Positions 29,113 through 40,035 are shown, counted from the first letter of the stretch. The stretch: DNA of 64,000 nt from Candidatus Omnitrophota bacterium (GCA_043803685.1 JAZDJU010000123.1:1-64000), one strand, 5' to 3'. The notes: a model not told the origin generated them from the letters alone. Made by a program: numbers and translations.

Positions 29113-30865
29113 TTTCTATATCCGTTTTGTCCTTAGTTTCATATAGCTCCAGCAACACACCATCGATCCACCGGGAATCGACTAGAACGGCATTTTCTTT
29201 CATCCACCGTTGCACTTCGAGCGTATTATTCCCGAAGTGCGGACGTCTCCCCCAATAAGAATGGACCAACCATATCCGGCGCGCCGCAATAAGTGAAAAA
29301 AGATCATCGTCCAAGAATAAAGGAACTATAGGAGTGCCTTTTCTCTTCGGCCCGTGAAGCTGCGGCACCTTCCCGCCCCGGGTGTCACCGGACAAAGAAG
29401 CGAGCGCATCCTTCTCGGCATCCGTCAAAGTCACCCCAAGGTATGGCTTCAGGATTTCAGCCTCTTTCAAAAAAGGCATGCGTTTGTTTCGCAGGAATCT
29501 TTCCGACAACGCACCGTAACGCAAGAAAACGGTCCTCATCTCTCGAAGATTGTGCCAAAACATATTCAGAACCCTCATTTTCTCAAAATCATCCCTGAGA
29601 AGCACGCGGAGCGAATAAACATGATAGTGAGGAATGTCCCATCGCATCAGGGAAAGATAATGAGCCAGCACATATTCCATGTCCGTATTCGAATAGAGGA
29701 GCGCATCCCCCGGCATCGCACGCGCGCGAACATAGCGCAAGAGAGGTTGGCTGGGATATTTATAAAAAACCCCTCGATGATATAGATGGGATTGATAGGC
29801 CTCCTCATAATTCGAAGGCCCGCGATAATAGATCACGAGCGACTGCGCAATAAGAATAATCAGCCCCACTGCCGCAAGCCGCGCGACGAGATGCTTTTTC
29901 AAGTTAAAAAATGCGGCCGCGACAAGGAGATACCACACCCCAGAAACAATCATAAGTTTCCTTCCAAGGAATGCGGGGAAAAAAAGATACGAAAAAAGAA
30001 GCATCCCGGCAAGAGGCGCGAGCACAATTAAAAAAAGAGACATCTGTTTCCTTTGTACAAGCAGAGGCACGCACAATCCCGCAACAACAAACATAGCCGC
30101 TATGGCCCATTGATTGCCTGACTGAGTAAAAAAATACCCCGTCAAAAGACTCGCGATCCCTCCATAAACTGCGTTCATATCCGGCTTTGGGATCCAACCA
30201 ACGGAAGACAGGTCTTTTGACAGGACTCCGGCACCCCACAGGCACAACCCTGCGGCAGCTACCGTGATCACGCTCAGACACGCAAGACGACCGGGCAACG
30301 AAAAACGTCGATAGAGACACCCCACAAGGTACGCCGCCAGCGGGACGGTCACACATAAAGACAGATAATCGATCCCGGCTGCCAGCACAGCCGCTAATAA
30401 AAAAGTCACGGCAAATCGTATTTGCCGGTGAGCACGCCAGGAAAAGAATAAATAGAGGGCGGCAAGTACTGCGCAGGAACTCATTGCATAGACGGTTGCA
30501 TCCTGAGAGTACCACACGTGCATGGGAGATACCGCAAACAACCAAGCCGCACCCCAAGTGATTTTTTTTTCGGGAAACAACAATCTCCCCAGCTTATAAA
30601 GAATCCCAAGCGCAGCGACATCAAATAACACGGAGGGCAACCGCAAAGAAAACACGGAGACACCAAAACACGACGTCCAAAAATTCATGAAGCCGTAATA
30701 AAGATACGGAAACCCTGGCACCCCTGGAAGATCCCTTTGGATCACTCGACATGTGATGGCCTCGTCAAACCATAGATCAAGCCGCGTCAAATGAAAGAAA
30801 CGCAAAAAAAGGGCAATGCCCACGATCACTAAAAAATGAACATCCCATACGCCTTTTCGTGACAT
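29099..30865 (-). CDS. membrane GT-C glycosyltransferase (PMT-like)
   Basis: LRFFHL...LWFDE, PYLYY, SLRLPS, SPMHVWYSQD..VY; multi-TM. Start uncertain (ORF extends to 30907). Confidence 0.85.
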   Translation of the reverse strand: MSRKGVWDVHFLVIVGIALFLRFFHLTRLDLWFDEAITCRVIQRDLPGVPGFPYLYYGFMNFWTSCFGVSVFSLRLPSVLFDVAALGILYKLGRLLFPEKKITWGAAWLFAVSPMHVWYSQDATVYAMSSCAVLAALYLFFSWRAHRQIRFAVTFLLAAVLAAGIDYLSLCVTVPLAAYLVGCLYRRFSLPGRLACLSVITVAAAGLCLWGAGVLSKDLSSVGWIPKPDMNAVYGGIASLLTGYFFTQSGNQWAIAAMFVVAGLCVPLLVQRKQMSLFLIVLAPLAGMLLFSYLFFPAFLGRKLMIVSGVWYLLVAAAFFNLKKHLVARLAAVGLIILIAQSLVIYYRGPSNYEEAYQSHLYHRGVFYKYPSQPLLRYVRARAMPGDALLYSNTDMEYVLAHYLSLMRWDIPHYHVYSLRVLLRDDFEKMRVLNMFWHNLREMRTVFLRYGALSERFLRNKRMPFLKEAEILKPYLGVTLTDAEKDALASLSGDTRGGKVPQLHGPKRKGTPIVPLFLDDDLFSLIAARRIWLVHSYWGRRPHFGNNTLEVQRWMKENAVLVDSRWIDGVLLELYETKDKTDIENVAG

Positions 30866-31199
30866 ACCCGCATCGCCCCCGTAAACCATAGATTTGATCG
30901 TGCTCATATTAGAATCGCGGCGGTTACCAACGCTCCAAAAACTCTCGTCGCCTTCTTATCACCATGAATGCATTCAACGTTTTTACTCTGAAAACTTTCT
31001 TTTTTTGTCCCACTATGCGGAACAGCCCCGCGGGAATGAGGATGATAGGCTATCGCGCTCGCAAGATGAAAGAAAAATCGTCCCCAACCCCCTGAGTCAG
31101 AAGAAATCGAATGGAACCTCGCGCTTTCCCCAAGGAAATACACGAGATCAAACTCGAACAAAGCGCGCGGGCAGGCGCTACTTACGATGCCTATGTTTT

Positions 31200-32564
31200 T
31201 CATATGGAGCTGTCCACAATATGCACAAAATTGAACTTACCTTTTTCCTTTCTGGCAATTCCTTCAACCATCCGGATACTCCACTTCACCCGGTTGGCAA
31301 AAAGCCCCGAGAGTCGTTTCTGAAGCCGCGACATATCGACAGCCCCCCCCGAAACAATTTCAAGAACGATTTCTTTCCGAGGATAGTACACGTATCGGCT
31401 CTCTTTGATTCCCTTGAGATTCCTCAGCACCCAAGAAAGAACTCTAAAATCATAGGTTGAACCGTCTTCAAGCCTGATCAATGCCCCAGACCTGCCTGTG
31501 ATATTCTCGACCAGAGTATCCGTCCTGCCACAGGGACATGGCTTCTGCGACAGCGAAGCAATGTCTCCTGTGTCGTAGCGTATCAATGGCATCGTTTGAT
31601 TGATCAGAGTCGTAGTGATCAGCTTAACCTGGGATGTTTCCGGACCCTCAACGGGAAGCAATTCTACGATACTACTGTTTGAATCAATATGAAACCCCTC
31701 ATGGAAAGGACAATCAACCCCCCACACAGTCGCCTCGTTCATGCCGTAGAAATTAAATACCGGACATCCAAAAGTCTCAGACAACGAACGCCGGTCATTT
31801 TGGGAAAGATATTCATACCCTGTAATGACCGCACGCAACGATGAAAGGCGGGCTTTTCGCGCCCGCAATTCCAGGGCAATTAATTTTAAAAATGAGGGCA
31901 TCCCTCTCACAAAACCATATCGTTTCTGCTCAAGGAGGAAATGAGCGATCTCCTGAACGGATCGCGTATCGAAACGCAGTGTATTAAAATAAAGGCATCC
32001 ACGGCGCCGTTCCATCAGCAGCGTGCGCTTCAACGCCTTCGCAATAACAATATGAGGATCCCGGGGATCGACCCCCGCGAGACGGTATTGTCTTCGGACA
32101 AGAGCTCCTTGGGCGGCGATCTCTCCTGCGCTGAAATAGACGTTCAAAGGAGTCCCTGTCGAACCGGAGGTAGACCGCGCGGTGAGCTTTTCGCGTTTCA
32201 CACCATCCGTGAGGAATAATTCCGGATGGCGCTGGACCGTTTCCCTCTGCAAAATGGGGATCTTGCCGAGATCCGAAAGCGAACGGATCGTCCCGGCATC
32301 AAAGTTGATCTGCCGGAACAGCGAACGGTAATAAGGAACATAGCGCTGGGCGTGGAGAGCGATACGCTTGAAACGGATCAGTTGATTTTGCTGTTTGAGA
32401 TCCCAAGGCGTGTGATCGGACCGTTCGATCTCCAAGCAAAAATTAATGTATTTGAGCGGAGGAAAAACGTGCTCAAAGGAACTCCGTAAGGCTTCCGGCA
32501 GAAGAGAAAATAAACGATCAGCGATTTTCATCGCTTTCGCATCCGTCTCAAACCAAGAATGCAT
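31200..32564 (-). CDS. phenylacetate-CoA ligase/CapK-like adenylate-forming enzyme
   Basis: VPYYR, TSGSTGTP, YGMNE, MPLIRYDTGD and CPCGR. Start uncertain. Confidence 0.9.
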   Translation of the reverse strand: MHSWFETDAKAMKIADRLFSLLPEALRSSFEHVFPPLKYINFCLEIERSDHTPWDLKQQNQLIRFKRIALHAQRYVPYYRSLFRQINFDAGTIRSLSDLGKIPILQRETVQRHPELFLTDGVKREKLTARSTSGSTGTPLNVYFSAGEIAAQGALVRRQYRLAGVDPRDPHIVIAKALKRTLLMERRRGCLYFNTLRFDTRSVQEIAHFLLEQKRYGFVRGMPSFLKLIALELRARKARLSSLRAVITGYEYLSQNDRRSLSETFGCPVFNFYGMNEATVWGVDCPFHEGFHIDSNSSIVELLPVEGPETSQVKLITTTLINQTMPLIRYDTGDIASLSQKPCPCGRTDTLVENITGRSGALIRLEDGSTYDFRVLSWVLRNLKGIKESRYVYYPRKEIVLEIVSGGAVDMSRLQKRLSGLFANRVKWSIRMVEGIARKEKGKFNFVHIVDSSI

Positions 32565-32655
32565 CCCTTTTCCGGCCCTCAACTTGACTTCTATTATTGC
32601 GGCGATTAGTATAGCACACTCTCGACAAAGCAACGAACCCTGCTAAGCGAAACGA

Positions 32656-34110
32656 ATGAAGATCATCTTTGTCGCCCGTTCCCATTTTTACCAGCAACTC
32701 GGCATCATGTACCTCTCCTCCATCATTGACACTCTGCCCATCCAAAAGAAACTTTGTCTTGCCCGAATGGATGATGTACTGAGCGAGATCGATTCAGCTC
32801 AGGGGAAAGTAGTTCTGGCATACTCCGTAATGTCCTATGACTCCCAGTTCTATATCGATTTCAACCGGGCTCTCAAACGTATACGACCGGAAATATTCAG
32901 TATTATGGGTGGCCCCCATCCGACTTTTCACCCTCAATGCCTTGAAGAAGAGGGCATCGATGCCATCTGCCTCGGCGAAGGAGAATGGGCATTTCTGGAA
33001 CTATGCGAAAAGCTTCTGGCCGGAGAAGACTATACGAGCGTGAGAAACTTTTGGTTTAAACGCAATGCCTCCATGATTCGCAACTCCGTCCGCCCCCTGG
33101 ATCCTGACATTTCAAAGATCCCCTTCCCCGATCAAAACATGTTCTTTTCCATGGGAGTCGAACACCTCACACTTCCAGTCTTCGCAAGCCGCGGATGCCC
33201 TTTCTCTTGTTCGTTCTGCTTCAATCACCAGGCCAAAGAACTCTATCGCGATAAAGGCCCTTATCTCCGTTTCAGAGACCCTCAAAATGTGATCGATGAA
33301 ATACAGACGGCTGAGCGAAAACTCACTTTAAAGATCAGACGCGTCTTCTTCATGGACAGCACTTTTATCTATAATAAACCATGGCTACATGACCTGTGCG
33401 CTCTTTACAAGAAAGAAATCAAAATACCCTTCAGCTGTACTGCGCGCGCAGATCTCGTCGATGAAGAAACCATCGCGCTCTTGAAAGATTCCGGCTGTTG
33501 CCGGGTAGGTTTCGGCGCGGAAGTCGGGAACGAGGCCTATCGCATGAAGACACTGAAAAAAAACATCACCAACGACCAACTCTTGCGGACCGCCGCTCTA
33601 TTGAGAAAACACAAACTTAAATTCAAAGTCTTTAACATGCTTGGACTGCCTCATCGCAGCCTTGCGAATGATATCGAAACGTTGAAATTCAACTGGCGTC
33701 TCGCGCCAGACTGCGCCCACGCATCACTCTTCACCCCCCTGCCGGGCACTCTTTTCCACGAAGAACTGGTATCCAATAATCTCCTAACCAAACAGTTCGG
33801 CGAAGAAAACAACTTTTCACTTCTCAAGAAAGAGTCGAATATTAAATTCGAAGGAAAAGCGGAGAAACGCCAGATCGAGAATTTCTATAAATTCTTCACC
33901 TTCTGCGCGCGCTTTCCGATCTTTTATCCCCTGGTGCGTCTTTTGATCACACTTCCTTTCGACAACGTCTATCATGCTTTCCACCGTTGCTTCTTTTATT
34001 TCTTCAACGCCTGTATTTTTGAGAACCCAACGGATATTTTTCGCGTGGTCCTTAAACATAACCCGCTTAAGCTCATTAGAATCTTCTTTTCACAAGCCAA
34101 GGAATATTAA
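32656..34110 (+). CDS. cobalamin-binding radical SAM protein
   Basis: QLGIMYLSS, GGPHPT, GEGE, SRGCPFSCSFC and MLGLP. Confidence 0.92.
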   Translation: MKIIFVARSHFYQQLGIMYLSSIIDTLPIQKKLCLARMDDVLSEIDSAQGKVVLAYSVMSYDSQFYIDFNRALKRIRPEIFSIMGGPHPTFHPQCLEEEGIDAICLGEGEWAFLELCEKLLAGEDYTSVRNFWFKRNASMIRNSVRPLDPDISKIPFPDQNMFFSMGVEHLTLPVFASRGCPFSCSFCFNHQAKELYRDKGPYLRFRDPQNVIDEIQTAERKLTLKIRRVFFMDSTFIYNKPWLHDLCALYKKEIKIPFSCTARADLVDEETIALLKDSGCCRVGFGAEVGNEAYRMKTLKKNITNDQLLRTAALLRKHKLKFKVFNMLGLPHRSLANDIETLKFNWRLAPDCAHASLFTPLPGTLFHEELVSNNLLTKQFGEENNFSLLKKESNIKFEGKAEKRQIENFYKFFTFCARFPIFYPLVRLLITLPFDNVYHAFHRCFFYFFNACIFENPTDIFRVVLKHNPLKLIRIFFSQAKEY

Positions 34111-35027
34111 TGGTGACCAGCGCACCCCCTGTCTTTTCCGTAGTTCTCTCGACTCGCAACAGGCCGAATCAACTTACAACCTGCCTTTGGGCCCTCATCG
34201 CCCAAGATTTCCCTGCTGATGCATTTGAGATCATCGTCGTGAACGATGATTCAAACGACGCCACGCCATCCGTTCTGTCCGGTCTAAAAACCGCATCCGG
34301 CAGAGCCATCACTGTCATAACCAATCCTCACAGGCAAGGCCATGCAGCATCCCGAAATAAAGGGTTCTCTAAAGCCCGAGGCGAGTTCATCGCATCCACC
34401 GATGATGATTGTGTAGCCCCCCGCACCTGGCTTAAGGCGCTTCATAACCATTTCATCCAAGACGGTTCACTCGCCGCGGTAGGCGGAAGCGTGATGACCC
34501 CATCATCGAACAGATACAGCCAGGCAGAATATCTACTGAACTTTTCATCATGGTTCCCCCAGGGAAGAATCCGTTTCGTCACGAACATCCCGACCTGCAA
34601 CATTGCCTACCGACGCAAAGCCATCACAGACCACCGCTTTGATGAAGACTCTATCGATATCGGCTACCGGGACTCCCTTTTCAATTACCGGCTCCACAGC
34701 GAAGGGAAAAAAATCCTCTTTGATCCGCGCATCTGCATGACACACAATGGCGTCACGTCAGCGCGCGCTTTTTTTAGAAAGCAAAAACGGTTTGGAAAAG
34801 GTTTCGCGTCAAGAGGCCACTCGGTGCATGGAAGATCGGGGAAAACACTGCTCCAGTACCCACGCCTTCACTATCTTCATCTTTTGTTCGTCTTTCTTCG
34901 CTGCATTCACAACCGATTCAATTTCTACAATTTCTGGTCCGTCGCTAATCTGTTATATGCGGGAGAGCGATTCCGGGTAAGAACGATCCTGGCCTCAAAA
35001 CATTCACGGACCAAGTGCGCCCCATGA
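34110..35027 (+). CDS. glycosyltransferase family 2
   Basis: SVVLSTRNR, EIIVVNDDS.D, SRN.G and STDDDC. Confidence 0.92.
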   Translation: MVTSAPPVFSVVLSTRNRPNQLTTCLWALIAQDFPADAFEIIVVNDDSNDATPSVLSGLKTASGRAITVITNPHRQGHAASRNKGFSKARGEFIASTDDDCVAPRTWLKALHNHFIQDGSLAAVGGSVMTPSSNRYSQAEYLLNFSSWFPQGRIRFVTNIPTCNIAYRRKAITDHRFDEDSIDIGYRDSLFNYRLHSEGKKILFDPRICMTHNGVTSARAFFRKQKRFGKGFASRGHSVHGRSGKTLLQYPRLHYLHLLFVFLRCIHNRFNFYNFWSVANLLYAGERFRVRTILASKHSRTKCAP

Positions 35028-36124
35028 TCGGCCAGCTTCCCTCGCACAAGAATTACTACCTCAAGAGGTTTTTCCATCGCCCGGTCGTTCCACACCACAT
35101 CATTTTCGATATCACCGAACATTGCAATTTAAAATGCGCGCATTGCGCCGACCGCACTTTTCAAACCACCGAATCCGAATTGTCCACCTCTGAGGTCTGC
35201 GCTTGTTTCGATTCTCTTCTGAGCCTCGGAAAGGAACGGCTACCCTATATCGCTCTCAACGGAGGAGAACCGTTCCTGAAAAAAGGGCTGGATGAAGTGA
35301 TCTCTTTTCTGGAAGGCCATAGCTTCCCCTGGGGGATCATCACGAACGGAACTTGTGAGGCTCCCGCGGTCATGCAGAAGATCACCTCGAGCCGTCATTT
35401 GAGAATGTTCCGCGTCTCCCTGGACGGCCTCGAAAAGAACCACAACGCGCTTCGTGGTTCTCCGGACTGTTTTGAAAAAACGATTGCGTTCATCAAACAA
35501 ACACGCGAAAGCAATCTCAAAATACGCTTGGTTTTCACGGTGACCGCCCTCAACATAGACGACATTCTTCCCACAGCTCGCTTGGCCGCCCGTCTGGGTT
35601 GCCATGAAATTCATTTCTCGCTCATTGCATTCAGCCGATCACCGGAAAAATTGGCCCATGAAACAGAATTGCAAAATCTTTTTCAGAAAAAAGAGCGGAA
35701 CTGCAGGATCTCCCTCAAAAACGAGCGCTTACTAACGCCGGATACAAGCAAACTTTGGAATGCTCTCAACCATGCGAAAAAAATCAGGTCTATTAAGGTC
35801 ATCGTGACGCCCGATCTTTCAGCCTCTAAACTCTCTGATTATTTCAGTTCGCAAGGGATCCGACGAAACGACAAGTGCGTCTTCCCATGGTTTGGAATGC
35901 GCATCGACGCGGCGGGCAATGTCTACCCTTGCCGTTCGATCAACATCATCCTCGGCAATGTTCGCACAACGCCACTTATAGACCTATTCAACGGAACCGC
36001 CTTCGAAGAGTTCCGGTCCCGTTTTGACGGCCAAACCCTTTCCATATGTCAGCGCTGTTCTTACCGTAACGGCAGGCTTAACTGGAGAACCCTTCTCACA
36101 AGACTACGCGACGGTTACCACTAA
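35015..36124 (+). CDS. radical SAM/SPASM protein
   Basis: CNLKCAHC, GGEP, SLDG and C.FPW...IDAAGNVYPC...CQRC. Confidence 0.92.
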   Translation: MRPMIGQLPSHKNYYLKRFFHRPVVPHHIIFDITEHCNLKCAHCADRTFQTTESELSTSEVCACFDSLLSLGKERLPYIALNGGEPFLKKGLDEVISFLEGHSFPWGIITNGTCEAPAVMQKITSSRHLRMFRVSLDGLEKNHNALRGSPDCFEKTIAFIKQTRESNLKIRLVFTVTALNIDDILPTARLAARLGCHEIHFSLIAFSRSPEKLAHETELQNLFQKKERNCRISLKNERLLTPDTSKLWNALNHAKKIRSIKVIVTPDLSASKLSDYFSSQGIRRNDKCVFPWFGMRIDAAGNVYPCRSINIILGNVRTTPLIDLFNGTAFEEFRSRFDGQTLSICQRCSYRNGRLNWRTLLTRLRDGYH

Positions 36125-36131
36125 TTTTTTT

Positions 36132-37166
36132 ATGACATTGACCATTATCATTATCTACTACCACCAGACGGAATTACTTAAGCGCTGCCTTCTCAGCATT
36201 GCGAGATCCTGCCTTCCCGAGAGCTACGAGATCCTCCTTGTGGTCAACCGCGCCGACCCCCTTCTTGAGCAATTCATTAAAAGCACCGGACTTCAGATCC
36301 GGACGGTCCAAGGGGAAAAACAACGGCCTGGGGCATTGCGTAACCAGGCATTACGACTCGCTTCAGGCAAGATCATTTATTTTTTGGATGACGATGTGAT
36401 CGTGGAGCGAAATACACTGGTCAACCTCTGCGAAGGCTTTGCGCGGCATCAAGATTGCAACGTGATCGGTGGCCCCAACCTTACCCCGGACGCAAGTACG
36501 TTATTTCAGAAATGCTCGGGGGAGGTACTCGCGTCTTTTTTCGGCTCCGCGGGCGTATCCGCGAGGTATCGCCTCCCACGCCAAGAGAGCCCCGCGGATG
36601 ATCGACATTTGATCTTATGCAATCTCGCCATACGACGCGACGCGCTGCAGAAAGAAAATTTTGAATTCAATGAATCGGTCGTATCGAACGAAGAGAATCT
36701 GCTTCTCCAGCAACTCGCGCGGACTGGCCACCGGATGCTCCTGATGCCTTCCGTTGCCGTATATCACGAACGCAGAAAAACATGGTCTGGATTTGCGGCA
36801 CAGATATTCAAGTACGGGACGGGTCGAGGACAAATGACACGACTTATGCCGAGAACCTTATCCTTGACGCATCTCCTTCCGGCCTTCTTCTTGGGATATC
36901 TGCTCCTGGTTGTTTTACTTCACCGCCCGGAATTTTTTATTCCCCTTGCCGTATATACCTCGCTAGCCTTAGTCGTTTCGCTCAGGATCGCTTTAAAAAA
37001 CAGGAATGCGCTTTTTTTTCCTTCATCAATGATCTTATTCCCCACATGCCATATCGCGTACGCAACCGGCTTCTTGAAGGGAATTCTAGAAAAACAGAGA
37101 GGCAGAAACACTTCAGGATCGTCCCAAAAAAACTCCCAGGTGCGTCCTGCGGAAGCGAAGCCATAA
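36132..37166 (+). CDS. glycosyltransferase family 2 with C-terminal TM segments
   Basis: RNQA..A.G.IIYFLDDD, GGP, CNL, NEE..L and QIFKYG.GR. Confidence 0.9.
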   Translation: MTLTIIIIYYHQTELLKRCLLSIARSCLPESYEILLVVNRADPLLEQFIKSTGLQIRTVQGEKQRPGALRNQALRLASGKIIYFLDDDVIVERNTLVNLCEGFARHQDCNVIGGPNLTPDASTLFQKCSGEVLASFFGSAGVSARYRLPRQESPADDRHLILCNLAIRRDALQKENFEFNESVVSNEENLLLQQLARTGHRMLLMPSVAVYHERRKTWSGFAAQIFKYGTGRGQMTRLMPRTLSLTHLLPAFFLGYLLLVVLLHRPEFFIPLAVYTSLALVVSLRIALKNRNALFFPSSMILFPTCHIAYATGFLKGILEKQRGRNTSGSSQKNSQVRPAEAKP

Positions 37167-37272
37167 ACAATTCCCACTCTCCCCAACATCCATACCCCTT
37201 AAGGCATCGCGGACGTTCTCATCTGAAAGCCGAATGTTTTCAGCAACGTCTTTTTCATGTCACCTTTAATCG

Positions 37273-38844
37273 CTATTGGCTGAAGGCTTCTTTTAATAGA
37301 GTCTTGGCGATATTCTCAGCCAATAGGCGGTTCCCCTTCTCAGTGCAGTGGCCAAAATCGCCGAACATTTTGTCGATAAAATATTCTCTGTAACTATCCC
37401 GGCTCACTCCCGCCTTAAACGTTTTTCCGTTATCCACAAAAAGGATCCCCCGCTTCCCCTTAAATATCTCTCGAAGCGGGGCGCTGTCACGCATGGGGTA
37501 CGAAACGCAAACGAATCGTATTTTCTTTTCGCTTAAAATTTCCTCCATTTTGATATAGTTTTTCGCGGTCACATTCCCAAAGCACTCCCTTGCGACCTCT
37601 ACCGCTTTTTCACTCTGCCCCTTTTTCTCAAGCCATCGGATTAAATCCTGCTGGATCCTGTCGTTTTCGGGGTACTTCATTTGAAATTCATTGAACAACG
37701 CCTCAGCCGCCTGAAACTTGCCTTGTTTTATATAGGTTCGCCCGAGTTCCCTGTAGGCAACATATTTCTCATCCATCAGATCCAGAGCCTTCTTAAAACA
37801 CTCTTCGGCTAAAGCGTCCTTATTGACCTGATCTCGATAATAGAAACCTCGGAAAAAATGATACTCTGCATTATAAGGATCCAGCTCGATAGCTTTTTTA
37901 AAAGACTCTTCGGCCTGGGGATACTTGTGTTCTCCTTGTTCCCGGCTGGCATCGGCTAACCCAAAATAAGCGTTTGCTTCGCCGGGATGGATCTGGATCG
38001 CTTGCTTGAAAGATTCTTCAGCTTGCGGAAAAGCCCCCTGTTTCTGATGCAGCCAACCCAGTTTAAGCCAGGCATACCCATTATCAGCATTGTTAGATAA
38101 CGCCTTCTTGAAACTTTTTTCAGCAAGAGCATAGTGACCTTGATCCTGATAATTCAACCCCTCCTTCACCAGAGGATCCTCTTCACACGAAGGAACGGAA
38201 GCTCCTTGTCGCGCATTCTTTTCCTCCTCGTGACCCCGTTGTGTCCGGAGTTCCTCTGCCGCCGGCGATACGCGCTGAGCCTCACGGATCTTTTCCGGCA
38301 TCGCCTTGGCCGGTCGGATCGTTTCCATTTTTTTTATAACCCGGCACCCCATAAGCTTCAGAAAGTTATAGACTCTGAAATGCGTCCAAAAAAATTCGGG
38401 CCCGGACGACGGCCTTACCTTATAGCTGAAAAAACCGCAATCGTTAATGCCCATCATCGCAATAACCATATCGGGTTTATAGACTTCTATGTTTTTTTCA
38501 AGGTTCGCCACGATATCGGACGTTCCGGTCCCGACAACACCTTTATTGATAACGCTGAATCGCAACCCCACAGAAGCCTGATTCAATATCTCTTCAAGAA
38601 AAACGGGGTACGGTGTTTTAACTCGAAAGTAAGCCGTCGTGGACTCTCCGAGGCACAGGATCCTGTACACACCCTTTTGTTTCATGGAAAGATGATTTCG
38701 GCGCTCCTGAAAGGCTCCGTACACTGCGCCGCCGACGCGTAAGCCCGCTTCGAGGATCAGCAGTGTCATCACTGCCGACAAGATCAGAAGCGACACTTTT
38801 TGCCCCCAAGAGACCCAGGGGCCTGTTCGTTTATTGATCATCAT
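37273..38844 (-). CDS. membrane-anchored SGNH-hydrolase-like protein with inserted TPRs
   Basis: N-terminal TM, LCLGESTT, NKG, GIND, TPR repeats and DFGHCT.KGN. Confidence 0.85.
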   Translation of the reverse strand: MMINKRTGPWVSWGQKVSLLILSAVMTLLILEAGLRVGGAVYGAFQERRNHLSMKQKGVYRILCLGESTTAYFRVKTPYPVFLEEILNQASVGLRFSVINKGVVGTGTSDIVANLEKNIEVYKPDMVIAMMGINDCGFFSYKVRPSSGPEFFWTHFRVYNFLKLMGCRVIKKMETIRPAKAMPEKIREAQRVSPAAEELRTQRGHEEEKNARQGASVPSCEEDPLVKEGLNYQDQGHYALAEKSFKKALSNNADNGYAWLKLGWLHQKQGAFPQAEESFKQAIQIHPGEANAYFGLADASREQGEHKYPQAEESFKKAIELDPYNAEYHFFRGFYYRDQVNKDALAEECFKKALDLMDEKYVAYRELGRTYIKQGKFQAAEALFNEFQMKYPENDRIQQDLIRWLEKKGQSEKAVEVARECFGNVTAKNYIKMEEILSEKKIRFVCVSYPMRDSAPLREIFKGKRGILFVDNGKTFKAGVSRDSYREYFIDKMFGDFGHCTEKGNRLLAENIAKTLLKEAFSQ

Positions 38845-38883
38845 GTAGGAATTCGATCCCTTCCGCGTTCATGTCACTTTTAG

Positions 38884-39038
38884 GCCTATCCGGCTATCAA
38901 ATTCAGCATTCCTTGCGAGCCGCGAAGACGACGCCCTACCTGTCGAAAGGCAGCAATCTGTTTTGAAGCGAGAGATTGCCGCGCCCCACAAAACGGGGCT
39001 CGCAAAGACGCTCGAGGATTTGCTATCAGGATAGGCTC
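38884..39038. repeat. nested palindromic REP-like element
   Basis: Outer GCCTATCC..GGATAGGC stem enclosing TTGCGAGCC..GCAATCT..AGATTGC..GGCTCGCAA. Confidence 0.65.
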
Positions 39039-39077
39039 TAAGCCGAGCTCTATAAATTTCAGTCTGCCATGCAAATA

Positions 39078-39893
39078 TCACTTCAAATCAAAGTCGGGAT
39101 GACATTTCTTTTGGATCCAATCAGAGTTTAACTTTCTTTCAAGTATCCGATCGAACATGTATTCGAAAATTAAAACCCGGTCGAATTGAGATTTATCAAG
39201 CATCGAATTAACCACCGCAAATTTATTTAATTCCTCAATGTTAGGAAGCCCCATGGCTTGAGACATTTCATGCCCGCTAACAATCATTAACCAAACTTCA
39301 CCGAATTGAGCGCGATCAAACGAGGTCACGATCTTTGATCCAATCGCCGCCTTCAGTTCTTCTTCCGTAAGCCCCACGCCCGCTGCGCTATGGTTCCAAT
39401 TCCATTCGATATAGTTGCAGCTCGTTTTCGAAGCAATTATTTTTGAAACATATTTTGTTAAAAGCTTACTTTTAAAACTGCCTGAGTATTCTTTAAATTC
39501 GCGGGCCAATTCACCTCCTTTATCGGCTAAAAATGACATCATGTCTGTCCCGAACTGGACATGATCTTTTTTACCTGGGAGATCCAACCCTTTAAAACAA
39601 ATGACGCAGGAAACACAATTTAAGACTGGATGAGCCTTTCTTATTTCGCGAATTTCTCTTAACAGGCCATCCCATGTTTCTTCAATTGCACGCCGTGGCT
39701 TCCCCGAAGAGCCTGTTACGCTTGAATGAAACTCCGTCAATTCAATCGCGATTTTAGAAGCCGATGAATCTTGCGAGACCAAAACTACGTCGGGAGGATC
39801 ATCGCCCTTAGTAACCATAAGATTAGAAACGCCTAGCAGATTAAGATATTGGGTTACATAAAATCGTTCACGCTCTTCGTGTGTCGTTTTCAT
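39078..39893 (-). CDS. hypothetical protein, possible PD-(D/E)XK-fold nuclease; AT-rich
   Basis: E..F, PPDVVL...IAIELT pattern; visibly AT-richer than its neighbours. Confidence 0.7.
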   Translation of the reverse strand: MKTTHEERERFYVTQYLNLLGVSNLMVTKGDDPPDVVLVSQDSSASKIAIELTEFHSSVTGSSGKPRRAIEETWDGLLREIREIRKAHPVLNCVSCVICFKGLDLPGKKDHVQFGTDMMSFLADKGGELAREFKEYSGSFKSKLLTKYVSKIIASKTSCNYIEWNWNHSAAGVGLTEEELKAAIGSKIVTSFDRAQFGEVWLMIVSGHEMSQAMGLPNIEELNKFAVVNSMLDKSQFDRVLIFEYMFDRILERKLNSDWIQKKCHPDFDLK

Positions 39894-40035
39894 ATTAATT
39901 AGTTTGTATCAGGAAAAGATCGCCTCGTTATTTTATCAAACAACTGTTTCATTATTCTATTTAGCATATCCTATTCGTTAACCCGAACAGCACTTGTACC
40001 TCATGTACAAGTACGGCAGAGTCAGAGCCATAAGG

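Noticed and set aside
30904..31203. 99-aa ORF between the CapK-like and GT-C genes
   Set aside because: The overlaps suggest coupling and the first ~25 aa faintly recall a methylthiotransferase-like N-terminus, but the evidence is too weak to call a gene or remnant.
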